A stretch of DNA of 64,000 nt from Alphaproteobacteria bacterium. GTDB lineage: Bacteria > Pseudomonadota > Alphaproteobacteria > UBA828. The stretch spans positions 1,163 to 65,162 of the forward strand of contig VGET01000002.1 in the NCBI GenBank assembly GCA_016869195.1. Reading direction: 5' to 3'. A program made the translations under genes and the position numbers. Below the pieces are notes generated by a model. It had not been told where the DNA came from. It saw only the letters and a list, made by a program, of their open reading frames with translations, and ran no database searches. This document shows, piece by piece, positions 8,528 to 18,900 of this stretch (the first letter of the stretch is position 1; each line of letters opens with the position of its first letter).

Positions 8528-9730
8528 TCAGCCCCAGCGCCAGTAGTCGTCGCCCTCCTTCATGTAGAAGCGGGCCAGGATCATGCGATGAACCTCGGAA
8601 GCGCCATCGACCAGCCTGGCCTGCGGCGCGTAGCGATACATCCACTGCAAGAGCGTGTCGCGCGAGTAGCCGCGGGCGCCGTTGAGCTGAAGGCATGTCG
8701 TGATCACCTTGTTCAAGGTCTCGGACACCTGAAGCTTGGCGGTCGAGATCTCTTTGCGGGCCTTGTCGCCCTGATCGAGCCTCCACGCGGCATGCATGGT
8801 GAGCAGACGGCCGATCTGGATGTCGACCGCGGCCTGACCCATCATCCACTGAACGCCCTCGTGCTCGGAGAGCGTCTTGCCGAACGAGCGGCGCTCGCCG
8901 ACATAGGCCCGCGCAATCGACATGGCGCGCTCGGCCATGCCGAGCCAGCGCATGCAATGCGTAAGGCGCGCCGGACCCAAGCGGATCTGGGTCAGCTTCA
9001 GGCCATCGCCGACCGTCATCAGCAGGTTCTCTTCGGGGATCTCGAGGCCATCGAAGCGCAGCTCACAATGGCCGCCATGCTCCTCGGGCCCGAGGATCGG
9101 GACCTTGCGCACAATGCGCCAACCCGGCTGGTCCTTGTGAAACAGGAAGGCGGAAAGGCCGCGCCGGGGATCGTCAGATGTGCGCGCGACCAGGATGAAA
9201 TGGGTCGATGCCCCTGCCCCCGTGATAAACCATTTGTGGCCGTTGACGATCCACTTGGCGCCGACCTTCTCCGCGCGAGTCAGCATCATGCCGGCTGGGT
9301 CGGAGCCTGAGCCCGGATGCGGCTCGGTCATCACAAAGGACGAGCGGACCTTGCCGTCGACCACAGGCTGCAGCCAGCGCGCTTTTTGCTCCTCGGTCGC
9401 GACCTGCTCGAGCACGCGCATATTGCCGTCGTCGGGCGCCGCGCAATTGAAGGTCGCGGGGCCGAAAATGCCGAAATTGGCCGCTTCGTAGAACGCCGCC
9501 TGTCCGACCATGCCGAGCCCGAGACCGCCGCGCGACTTGGGCATCTGCGGCGCCCACAGGCCGGCCGCCTTGGCCTTGGCGCGCATCTGATCGAGCAGGT
9601 CGAAGCGGATGTTGTCGTGCTCGGGATCGAAATTCTCCGTCGACGCCTCAAGCGGAATCAGGTGCTCGGCGACGAAGGCTTTCACGCGTTGGCGCAGCGC
9701 TTCGACTTCGGGCGACAGGGCAAAATCCAT
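8528..9730 (-). CDS. Acyl-CoA dehydrogenase family protein
   Basis: 400 aa, full ACAD architecture (N-terminal alpha, middle beta and C-terminal alpha domains). MDFALSPEVEALRQRVKAFV... GARGYSRD. Confidence 0.9.
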   Translation of the reverse strand: MDFALSPEVEALRQRVKAFVAEHLIPLEASTENFDPEHDNIRFDLLDQMRAKAKAAGLWAPQMPKSRGGLGLGMVGQAAFYEAANFGIFGPATFNCAAPDDGNMRVLEQVATEEQKARWLQPVVDGKVRSSFVMTEPHPGSGSDPAGMMLTRAEKVGAKWIVNGHKWFITGAGASTHFILVARTSDDPRRGLSAFLFHKDQPGWRIVRKVPILGPEEHGGHCELRFDGLEIPEENLLMTVGDGLKLTQIRLGPARLTHCMRWLGMAERAMSIARAYVGERRSFGKTLSEHEGVQWMMGQAAVDIQIGRLLTMHAAWRLDQGDKARKEISTAKLQVSETLNKVITTCLQLNGARGYSRDTLLQWMYRYAPQARLVDGASEVHRMILARFYMKEGDDYWRWG

Positions 9731-9816
9731 GGAACGGCTCTCCGAGATTGACGCGTCAATAGGGCTGGGCCGAGCGATAGGCGGCCCGTCTCACGAGGTC
9801 AAGGTTGTAATCTGAC

Positions 9817-10425
9817 TTAGCGGTAGCTCGGACCGTGCACCCAGCCGACCATGACATCCCGCTGCCCGCGCGTGAGCGGCAGGATCCGGTGCATCCAGTA
9901 GGACGGGAAGATCACCATCGTGCCTGCCTTGCGGAAGGTTGCACGGTCAGCCGCCGCGTTGAAGAACTCGAGATCGCCGCCGTCATACTCAGCGCCGTCG
10001 GTCAGCTGGAGCGAGAACGACAACTTGCGCGAGGCCGAGTGAAACCGGCCCATGTCGATGTGCCAGTCGTACTTGTCCTGCCTCGGTCCGGTATAGCGCA
10101 TCAGATAGGGCATGTCGTCATAGGCAAGCCCGCTCAGCTCGAACTGCCAATAGCTCGAATTTACCTCGCTGATGACGCGCAAGACCTTGCTGAGCGGGTA
10201 GCCCGAGGCCTGATCGAACTTGACGCGCTGCTCGACAACGCTCCGCGCTTTCCGTTCGACCGCCGGCGCACCATCCTGGCCGTGGCCGCCGACCAGGCCT
10301 TCGGTCCAGCCATTGGGGTCCGCGCTGCTGCGGATCTTCTCGCACTCCTCCCGCGTGAAATGCTCGCCGTGATAGACCATCGACACGTGGCGGTTCCTGA
10401 CGGGGAGCGCGGGGATCACGATCAT
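9817..10425 (-). CDS. Fe(II)/2-oxoglutarate-dependent oxygenase (PKHD/prolyl-hydroxylase-like)
   Basis: HxD...H signature (WHIDMG ... YDGGDLEF ... IFPSYWMHRILPLTRGQR). The ATG at 10425 (MIVIPALPV...) is preferred over the track start at 10539. Confidence 0.7.
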   Translation of the reverse strand: MIVIPALPVRNRHVSMVYHGEHFTREECEKIRSSADPNGWTEGLVGGHGQDGAPAVERKARSVVEQRVKFDQASGYPLSKVLRVISEVNSSYWQFELSGLAYDDMPYLMRYTGPRQDKYDWHIDMGRFHSASRKLSFSLQLTDGAEYDGGDLEFFNAAADRATFRKAGTMVIFPSYWMHRILPLTRGQRDVMVGWVHGPSYR

Positions 10426-10636
10426 CGACGGCACGCCTCGGCTTTTTCTGATTTGAACGGCCAGTGACCGCCGAAACGGTAACCGAGCATCAATGGCGAA
10501 GTCCACCAGACTGATCCGCGGATGGGCCCACTTCGCCAAGTCGCAATGGCGCCGGTGAAATTCCGGTTAAGGGATCCTTAGGGCCGAGCCTCGATGCTGT
10601 GCCCCCGAATTCCTTCCTAAGCGGGAGCGCGCCACT

Positions 10637-11977
10637 ATGGCTCACGTCACGCGGGTGCTGGTCGCCGACAGCAGCCTGACCACGCTCAATGACGCCGGCA
10701 GTCATCTTCGTGCCGCAGGCTGCCTCACCATGATCGAGATGGCGCCTTCGCGCGTGCGCTTTCGGGCCCGCACCGATCGGCCTGACGCCGTTTTCCTCGG
10801 CATGGGCTTCAGCGACGATGAGATCCTGCGGGTCGCGGATGAGCTCAAGAACGATCCGGTCACGCGCCGCCTGCCGCTCATGCTGATCGGAGCGCGCATG
10901 GCCCAGGCCGATCTCGGCCGCCGGTTGGCACGTTCGATCGATGGCGCGATCAGCTTTCCAATCGATGCTGCCGAAATCGGCGCCAAGCTCGGTACGGCAA
11001 CGCGTCTCAAGGTCATGCGCGCCGAACTGCTGCGCCGCCATGTGACGCTCGGGCGTTACGGCATTGACGGCTTCTTCCCGGTCGATGCCCATGAAGATGA
11101 GGTGGCCCGTCCGCTCTTCGTGGCACAGCCCGCCGGCAACGAACATGCGCCTGACGTCAGTGCCGTGATCAATGGGGCCGGCGATCATGTTGGGCCCGAG
11201 CGGGCGCTCGCCACTCTGTCTCAAATGCGCCACGATGCCGTGATCATTCAGGGCGGTGGCGCGATGAGTGACGCCATGCTCGAACTCTGCGCCGATATTC
11301 GCCGGCACCCTGCTCTCTTCCATCTGCCCATCATCGTCCTCGCGCCCCAGGACACCCCGGGTCTGAGCTCCCAAGCCTTCGCCAAGGGGGCAAGCGAAGT
11401 GGTGGTGCAGCCCTTCGAGCGCGAGACGCTGCGTCTGAGCGTCGATGTTGCCGTGCGCCAGGCGCGCCTGCGCAGCCGGCTCCAGGCGGCCTATCGGCGC
11501 GGTGGCAATCCTGAGACCAATGATCCGGTTACCGGCCTCTTCACGGTCGAGTTCCTCTATCGCCACCTCGAGCTTCTGATCGAGGACGCGTTCCGCTGGA
11601 ACCGTCAGCTCTCGGTCGTCACCTGTCTGATGCCGCAACTCGCCGGCATCGCGCATGAGCATGGCCGCGAGGCGGCCTCGGCCGTACAGCGCGCGGCGGC
11701 GACGGTCGTGTCGCGTCTCGTGCGCGGTGAAGATCTGTGCGCCTGCCTCGGCGATCAGGCCTTCTGCCTGGTGCTGCCCGAGAGCGGCATAGACTCCACC
11801 AATGCCATCACGCATCGCCTGCGTGGCGTGCTGCGTCACACCGAGTTCGGCATCAACGATGTCAGCAAGGCCCTTGTGCTGCAGGTTGAGCTCGGCTGCG
11901 CCGAGTTCCGGCCGGGCGACACGCCGGAGACGCTCGTAGCCCGGGCCCAGACGACCGCGCTCAGCGTCGCCGCCTAG
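10637..11977 (+). CDS. PleD-paralogue-like REC-REC-GGDEF protein with degenerate receivers and a degenerate GGDEF A-site but a conserved I-site (PopA-like c-di-GMP effector candidate)
   Basis: Two CheY-like domains that lack the acceptor Asp (DAVFLGMGF, DAVIIQGGG). The GGDEF domain has DPVTGLFT...RGEDLCACLGDQAF, where RxxD is retained and GG(D/E)EF has become LGDQAF. Confidence 0.8.
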   Translation: MAHVTRVLVADSSLTTLNDAGSHLRAAGCLTMIEMAPSRVRFRARTDRPDAVFLGMGFSDDEILRVADELKNDPVTRRLPLMLIGARMAQADLGRRLARSIDGAISFPIDAAEIGAKLGTATRLKVMRAELLRRHVTLGRYGIDGFFPVDAHEDEVARPLFVAQPAGNEHAPDVSAVINGAGDHVGPERALATLSQMRHDAVIIQGGGAMSDAMLELCADIRRHPALFHLPIIVLAPQDTPGLSSQAFAKGASEVVVQPFERETLRLSVDVAVRQARLRSRLQAAYRRGGNPETNDPVTGLFTVEFLYRHLELLIEDAFRWNRQLSVVTCLMPQLAGIAHEHGREAASAVQRAAATVVSRLVRGEDLCACLGDQAFCLVLPESGIDSTNAITHRLRGVLRHTEFGINDVSKALVLQVELGCAEFRPGDTPETLVARAQTTALSVAA

Positions 11978-12072
11978 TCCAAACCTACATCTGCCGTCCC
12001 ATCCGGCCGCACCATCAGGTGCCGCCGGTGAAATCCATCGTGCCCCGGGCCAGCCCATGCTAGGCTCGCGCC

Positions 12073-12729
12073 ATGCGCATCGACATCATCTCTGACACGA
12101 TCTGCCCCTGGTGCTATGTCGGCAAGCGCCGCTTCGAGCGCGCATTGGCCGAGCTGCCGGCGGGCACCGAGGTGACGGTCGCCTGGTGGCCGTTCCAGCT
12201 CAACCCGCAAATGCCGCCCGAGGGCAAGGAACGCGCAGGCTATCTGGTCGAGCGTTTCGGCTCGGAGGAACGCGCGCGGGAGATCTTCCGTCCCCTCGAG
12301 GCTGCGGGCAGAAGCGAGGGAATCCCCTTCGCCTTCAATGAAATTCTGCGCACGCCGAACACCATGGCCTCGCACCGCCTGATCGCCTTTGCCGGCGAGC
12401 GCGGGCGCCAGAATGAGGTCGTCGAGGTTCTGTTCCGGCGCTATTTCGAGCTCGGCGAGGACATCGGAGAGCTCGGTGTCCTGGTGGCGTCGGCCGTTGA
12501 GGCCGGCCTCGATGAGGATGAGACGCGTGCCTATCTTGAGAGCGATCAGGGTCGCTCCGAGGTCGAGGCGGGCGACGTCGCCGCGCGCAAGCTCGGCATC
12601 AATGGCGTGCCCTGCTTCATCGTCAATGCCCGCTATGCGTTGTCGGGCGCGCAGGAGCCTGAGGTGTTTCGCCGGGTCTTTGATCTCGCCGCCAACGAAG
12701 TAGAAACAGCGACGAGCGAGCAGAGCTAG
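12073..12729 (+). CDS. DsbA-family thiol:disulfide oxidoreductase (FrnE/HCCA-isomerase-like)
   Basis: CPWC active-site motif at residues 11-14 (ICPWCYVG), thioredoxin fold, 218 aa. Confidence 0.85.
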   Translation: MRIDIISDTICPWCYVGKRRFERALAELPAGTEVTVAWWPFQLNPQMPPEGKERAGYLVERFGSEERAREIFRPLEAAGRSEGIPFAFNEILRTPNTMASHRLIAFAGERGRQNEVVEVLFRRYFELGEDIGELGVLVASAVEAGLDEDETRAYLESDQGRSEVEAGDVAARKLGINGVPCFIVNARYALSGAQEPEVFRRVFDLAANEVETATSEQS

Positions 12730-12732
12730 AGG

Positions 12733-15700
12733 CTATCGGCCGACATCCTTGCGCGGGTTGATCGGCTCACCCGATCCGCCGCCGCCACCACCCTCAAAGA
12801 TCGTGAAGATGTTCCGAAAGATGCCCGGGGCCAGAACGCTCAGCGGGTTGACCGTGATCGTTGGCCGTTCGAGGTGGCCGGTCACCGAGTAATTGGCGGC
12901 GAACACGCCGCCGCCCTCACCGCCGGTCAGGATATCGCCGATCAGTGGAATCGAGCTGAGCGCGCTGTTGATCGCATAGATCGGCACGATCGTGCCCTTG
13001 AGATCGATCTGATCGGTCGCGAGATTGACCGTGCCCGTACCGTTGACCCCGAGCGAGGCGCCGGACGTTCTCGCCTCCTTCACCGTCAGCACGTCGCCGA
13101 ACAGCGTGAACGGCATATAGAGCTGCTGGAAGGACAGGCCCTCACCGCCGAGCACGTCGACGATGCCCGTGAGCGATGCAAAGGTCAGCAGATTGGCAAG
13201 CGTCGGCGCGTTCCGCACCTTGTAGTCGTCGACCTGGACATAGCCCTCGACCGGGCCACCCTCCAAATCGTCCAGAATCCGGGCCTCGAGGTAGAGGCTG
13301 CCGCCGATCGCATTGTCATAGACATCGAACGCCCGCGCCACCGACCCCGCATCGTCCGACTGCACGATCAAACGCCGCCGCTTGCCGTCTGGCTCAAGGC
13401 GCAGCCGGATTGGCTGGCCGCTGACCAGCGTTCCTTCAAGGTAGGCCGTGCGTAGCCCCTCGCCGTTGAAGTCCATGCGACCGCGAGCGTCGGTGATCTG
13501 CTGGTCCGCGCGCGTGATCAGGCGTTTGACGTCGAGCTCGAGATCGAGATCGGTGGTCCTCTCGCCGCCGCTCGACATGAGGTCGCCGAGATAAGGCCGG
13601 AGATCGAGGCTCTCGCCGCCCACGCTGATGCGCAGCTTGTCGCCGGTCTTCGCCGGCGGTCGGATCCGGGCATTGGCATCGGTGAGGCCGATCAACATGC
13701 GGCTGACCACCAGCTCGCGCAGCTTGAGTGATGCTGAATCGAGCGTCGCGCTACCTTCGAAAAGACCGTCCTTTGCCTGCAGCGTGAAGGATTGCACCGA
13801 GGCGTCTCCTTCCGGCGGCAGGAACACGCGGAGCGAGAGTGAGGCTTCATTTCCGGCGGGCTTTTGCCAGTAGAGCTCGGGCAGGTTGAGCTCGGCCTTA
13901 CCCACATCGATCGCGGCCTCAAGCTGACGGCGCTTGCGATTGGTTTCCGTGTAACGGATGACGGCGGGCAACGGTCCCTTCACATAGGGCGTCAGATCGA
14001 GACCGAGGCGTGTGCGGGCGGCGTCATCAAGCGTGAGGTTGAAGTCATAACGGCTGAGAAACGGCGCCTTCGCGCCGAAATTCTCGCGCCAAGTGAATTT
14101 GGCTGGCACGCCCTCGAGCGTGAGCGTGCCTGAAGCGTCCAGTCCATCGGCGGAATCAAGCGACACCTTGACCGAGCCGTCACGCGCGTCGAGGCTGGAA
14201 AACAGGCCGTTCACCGAGAACTCTTCTATCGTCGCCGTCGAGGTAATCGCAACCGCGGCGGGATCGAGATCGTCGAGCAGGGGAAATTGCGCGCCGATCT
14301 GGCCACGCGCCGCGCCGCCGACTTGCGAGGGTTTCAACCCGACCTTGCTCGGATAGCCGAGTGGTGGCGCGTCCAGCACTTCGAGAGCGTCAACCATCGA
14401 GCCCTCGACATCAACGAGCACGGTCATCTCGGCAACGTCGTTGCCGATGCCGGTCATCTCCACGACCGCCTTCGGTGCCCTGACCTTGCCGATCGAGCCA
14501 TCGCGCATCTCGATCGTCATGGTCCGCCCGTCCGTCCGCCCGTAGCCCCTGACGCCAAGCGCCTTGGGCTGACCGTTAAGGTAATTCATCGTCGCGTTGA
14601 CCCACTCGAAATCCATGGCGAGCTCGCCCGGCAACAACAGCCGAGGCGCACCTTCATTGAGGCGGCCTGGCGCAAGCTTGAGCTCGGCGGTGATGCGCTC
14701 CATCACGCCAACACTGACATTGGTGACGATCCAGTCCCGCCCGCCCGGCGCGAGGCCACTTGGCCAATAGCGCGCGAACTGATCGAACGGCAGGTCGAGA
14801 ATATTGAGCGTGCCGATGACGCCGGTCCCCGCCTCCGTGGTCTCGCCAACGCCGCTGAACGTGATCGACGTGCCATTCAGATCCATGAACAGATCGTCAA
14901 TCGTGAGGCTGGTGTGATCGGCATTGATCTCGCCCTTGGTCTGCGCGACCACGATATCGAGCGGCTCCGGCATGATCGAGGTCGGCAGAGTCAGCCGGCC
15001 CGAGTCCGCGGCGAGATCGAAGGTGGTGCGGCCGATCTGGCCGTCCGTATTCATGGTGAGGCCGATCTCGCCCGAGATCGGCAGATCGATGCCCTGAAAA
15101 TCGGCCAAGGCCGGCAGATAACGCGCAAGCTTGGTTGGCACGATGTTGGCAAACCTGAGATTGGTGGCGATGGTCTGGCTGGCCCGGTCGTAGCGGGCGG
15201 CGCCGGCGAGCGGCATGTCGAGCTCACCCAGGCGTGCGATCATGTCGATCTGGCCGGTCAGCCCGCTCTCGGTTCTCATCAGGACAAGATTGGCCTGTGG
15301 CAGCTCGATCAAGAGGCCGAGCGTTTCGTCCTCGATGATGACATTGGCATCGACGATGCTCAGTTGTTGCAGCAGCCCGAGCGGGCGTTTGGGGTCTCGT
15401 TCCTCGGTCACGCCGCCGAGCAACGATGCAAAGGCGGGGTCACTGCCACCGCCGGTGCGCGCAGGCCCCAGGCCGAAGCTGATCGAGCCATCGACCGAGC
15501 GATGCAGCACCACTTCGGGCCGCATCAGTTCGATCGAGGTCGGCGAGACCTGTCCGCGCAACAATTGGAGCCCGCTCAGGCCGAGCGAGAGCTCGGGCAC
15601 CGTGCCAAGCAGCCTGTTTTCCGCATCGAGGACGCGAACATCGCGCACCAGGATGTCGAGCGAGCGCTCCCAGCCCGCCCAGCTCAGAATCGTGTCAGAG

Positions 15701-15876
15701 AACTCGACCCGGTAGTCGGAATCGCCCGATTTGAAGGCGTCCGCGACATAGGGCGACAAGAAGCCGAGCGAGATCGGGCCCGCCGAAAGCCGCCAAGCCA
15801 GCACCGCAAAGAGGATCGCCACGCTCGCAAACACCGCGGCCAGCACGCTCAGCGCCAGCTTGATTGCTCTCTTCAT
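12733..15876 (-). CDS. AsmA-family/DUF3971-type large envelope protein (YhdP-like)
   Basis: About 1047 aa with an N-terminal TM anchor (MKRAIKLALSVLAAVFASVAILFAVLAW), a long beta-rich periplasmic region and a Gly-rich C-terminus. ATG at 15876. Divergent from glnE. Confidence 0.8.
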   Translation of the reverse strand: MKRAIKLALSVLAAVFASVAILFAVLAWRLSAGPISLGFLSPYVADAFKSGDSDYRVEFSDTILSWAGWERSLDILVRDVRVLDAENRLLGTVPELSLGLSGLQLLRGQVSPTSIELMRPEVVLHRSVDGSISFGLGPARTGGGSDPAFASLLGGVTEERDPKRPLGLLQQLSIVDANVIIEDETLGLLIELPQANLVLMRTESGLTGQIDMIARLGELDMPLAGAARYDRASQTIATNLRFANIVPTKLARYLPALADFQGIDLPISGEIGLTMNTDGQIGRTTFDLAADSGRLTLPTSIMPEPLDIVVAQTKGEINADHTSLTIDDLFMDLNGTSITFSGVGETTEAGTGVIGTLNILDLPFDQFARYWPSGLAPGGRDWIVTNVSVGVMERITAELKLAPGRLNEGAPRLLLPGELAMDFEWVNATMNYLNGQPKALGVRGYGRTDGRTMTIEMRDGSIGKVRAPKAVVEMTGIGNDVAEMTVLVDVEGSMVDALEVLDAPPLGYPSKVGLKPSQVGGAARGQIGAQFPLLDDLDPAAVAITSTATIEEFSVNGLFSSLDARDGSVKVSLDSADGLDASGTLTLEGVPAKFTWRENFGAKAPFLSRYDFNLTLDDAARTRLGLDLTPYVKGPLPAVIRYTETNRKRRQLEAAIDVGKAELNLPELYWQKPAGNEASLSLRVFLPPEGDASVQSFTLQAKDGLFEGSATLDSASLKLRELVVSRMLIGLTDANARIRPPAKTGDKLRISVGGESLDLRPYLGDLMSSGGERTTDLDLELDVKRLITRADQQITDARGRMDFNGEGLRTAYLEGTLVSGQPIRLRLEPDGKRRRLIVQSDDAGSVARAFDVYDNAIGGSLYLEARILDDLEGGPVEGYVQVDDYKVRNAPTLANLLTFASLTGIVDVLGGEGLSFQQLYMPFTLFGDVLTVKEARTSGASLGVNGTGTVNLATDQIDLKGTIVPIYAINSALSSIPLIGDILTGGEGGGVFAANYSVTGHLERPTITVNPLSVLAPGIFRNIFTIFEGGGGGGSGEPINPRKDVGR

Positions 15877-15952
15877 CCGGTGACGGCTATGGTGGGAGAA
15901 CCTGTGCACACGCCCGCGAGACCTCGCGGGGCCTGAATCGGCAGGCATCGCG

Positions 15953-18900
15953 ATGTCGTTACTACCCTTCATAGCAGATATCGAGAGGCTCCCGAAGCCG
16001 GCGGATGCCGAAGCCGTTGCGCGCGGCCTTGAGCAGTGGGGTCAGCGCGCGAGCGAGCTGAACGATCACCACGAGAAGGCATCCTGCGCCGCTCTCGCGT
16101 CCGATCGCGCCGGGCGCGCGCTGTTGAGCGGGCTGTTCGGCAACTCGCCGTTCCTGAGTCAGGCGCTCCTGGCCGAGCCCACCATTCTCTGCTCGATCGC
16201 CGAGCACGGATTCGCAACGAGCCTCGGGCGAGTCATCGACACGCTCGGTGAGCCGAGCTGCTTCGGCGCACCGCGCGAGACCATCGCGCGCAATCTTCGC
16301 ATCGCGCGCCGACGCGTCGCCATGATCGTGGCGCTCGCCGATCTGTGCGAAGTCTGGCCGCTCGAGCGGGTGACGGGCGCTCTGTCGGCTTTCGCCGATG
16401 CCGCCATTCAAGCTGCGCTCAGCCATCTGCTCAAGGAGGCATCGAGCGCGGGCCAGCTTCCACCGCTCGATCCCCTCGATCCGACGCACGGGAGCGGCAT
16501 CTTCGTGGTTGGCATGGGCAAGCTCGGCGCGCGCGAGCTGAACTATTCCAGCGATGTCGACCTCATCATCCTCTATGACAGCGAACGCCTCAAAGGGGCG
16601 AGCGGTGACGCCCAGCAGACGCTGCAACGGCTGACCCGCCAGCTCGTGACGCTCCTAAGCGAGCGCACGCAGGACGGCTATGTGCTGCGGGTCGACCTCA
16701 GGCTCAGACCTGACCCCGGCTCCACCCCACTCGCCATCTCAACGGGCGCCGCCGAAACCTACTACGAGACTTTGGGCCAAAATTGGGAGCGGGCCGCCAT
16801 GATCAAGGCCAGGCCCGTGGCCGGTGATCTCGAATCCGGCCACCTCTTTCTGTCCCGTCTTCGGCCGTTCGTCTGGCGCAAGCACCTGGATTTCGCCGCC
16901 ATTCAGGATATTCATTCGATCAAGCGACAGATCAATGCCCACAAGGGACATCTGGTGATTGCGCTTCTCGGCCACGACATCAAGGTCGGGCGCGGCGGCA
17001 TTCGCGAGATCGAGTTCTACGCCCAGACACAGCAGCTGATCTGGGGCGGCCGGGTGCCCGAGCTCCGAGTCGCTGGCACCTGTCCGGCGCTCCGTGCGCT
17101 TGCCACCATCGGTCAGACGGAGCAGTCGGTCTGCGGCGACTTGATCGAGGCCTATCGCTTCCTGCGCCGGACCGAACACCGAATCCAGATGGTCGCCGAC
17201 GAGCAGCGCCACCATTTGCCACCGGACGATGCCGGCTTCGGACGAATCGCGACCTTCCTCGGCCACCGTAGCGGCATTGCGTTCGGCGAGGAGCTGACCC
17301 GCCGGCTCGAGACCGTCGAGCGCCATTACGCGGCGCTCTTCGAGGACGCGCCCGAGCTTGGCAGTGGTGAGGGCAATCTCGTCTTCACGGGCACGGAAGA
17401 CGACCCGGATACTCTGAAGACGTTATCGTCGCTCGGCTTTCGCGATGGCTCGGCGATCTCGGCGTGCGTGCGTGGTTGGCACCACGGACGCATCCGCGCG
17501 ACCCGTTCGACCCGCGCGCGCGAGCTTCTGACCGAGCTCATGCCGGCGCTCCTGAAGGCGTTGGGGCGCACGGTCAATCCCGACGCGGCGTTCATGAAGT
17601 TCGACGAGTTCCTGTCGCGGCTTCCGGCCGGCGTGCAGCTGTTCTCGCTGTTCTATTCCAGGCCAGCGCTTCTCGATGAGGTCGCCGAGGTCATGGGCAG
17701 CGCGCCTCGCCTCGCCGAGCATCTCAGCCGCCGAGTCAGCCTGCTTGAAGGGATGCTCAGCGGCGATTTTGATGCGCCGGTGCCGTCTCGCGAGGCAATC
17801 AAGGCGGAGCTCGAGGCTAGCCTCGCGCACCTCGTGGACTTTCAGGACGTGCTCGATGGGCTCCGTCGCTATGTGCATGACGGCGAGTTCCAGATCGGCA
17901 TGCAATTGCTGCGCAACCGGGTGTCGGCTGCGCAAGCGAGCCGAAACCTCAGCGATCTGGCCGATGCGGCTATCCTCACGCTGCTGCCGCGGGTCGAGGC
18001 CGAGTTCGCGCGCGCCCATGGCGTCGTGCCGGGCGGCGCCTTCGCCGTGCTGGCGTTGGGCAAGCTCGGCTCACAGGAGCTGACGTTTGATTCGGATCTT
18101 GACCTGGTTTTCGTTTATGACGCGCCTGAGGGGCTCGACAGCATGTCGGACGGCGAGCGCCCGTTGGCGGCAAGCCAATACTACGCGCGCCTGAGCCAAC
18201 GCCTGACCAGTGCCCTGACCGCGCTGACCGCCGAGGGGCGACTTTACCAGATCGACACGCGCCTCAGGCCCTCCGGCAATGCCGGGCCGGTCGCCTCCGA
18301 GGTGCGCGCGCTCGAGCAATACCACACAGAGGCGGCCTGGACCTTCGAGCACATGGCGCTGACCCGTGCCCGCGTGCTGTGCGCGCCGCCCCCGCTGGCC
18401 GAGCGCATTGGGCGGATGATCCGAGCTGTTCTGCATCGGCGGCGCGACCCTGCACAACTCGTGCTCGATGTCGCCGACATGCGGGTGCGGATCGAGCAGG
18501 AGCGTGCGACCAGCAATCCCTGGATGCTCAAGCACTCGCGGGGCGGTTTGCTCGATCTTGAGTTCATCGCGCAGTACCTCGCGTTGCGAGAAGGCGCGAA
18601 CCATCCCGCGGTGCTGGATCGAAGCGCGGCCGAGGTGTTCGACCGGCTGGGCAAAGCCGGCGTGCTCGGCCAGCAGGAGACGCTGGCGCTCGGCGCGATG
18701 TGCCGGTTCTTCGCAACCCTGCAAATCCTGCTGCGCCTCACGGTGGGCACAGCGCGCGACGAAGCCAAGTTTCCGGTCGGTGTGCGCCAAACCCTCGCGC
18801 GTGCCACGGAGATGCGCGATTTCAACGCCGTCAGGCGGCGGCTCATGGATGCGCAGGCCTATGTGCGCAGCTATTTCGAGCGTACCATTGAGCGGCCGGC

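Noticed and set aside
10490-12058. 522-aa minus-strand ORF
   Set aside because: Antisense to the PopA-like gene, which has clear domain signatures. Composition is Gly/Arg/Ala-rich.
14287-15936. 549-aa + ORF
   Set aside because: Antisense to the AsmA-family gene. Arg/Asp/Gly-rich junk frame.
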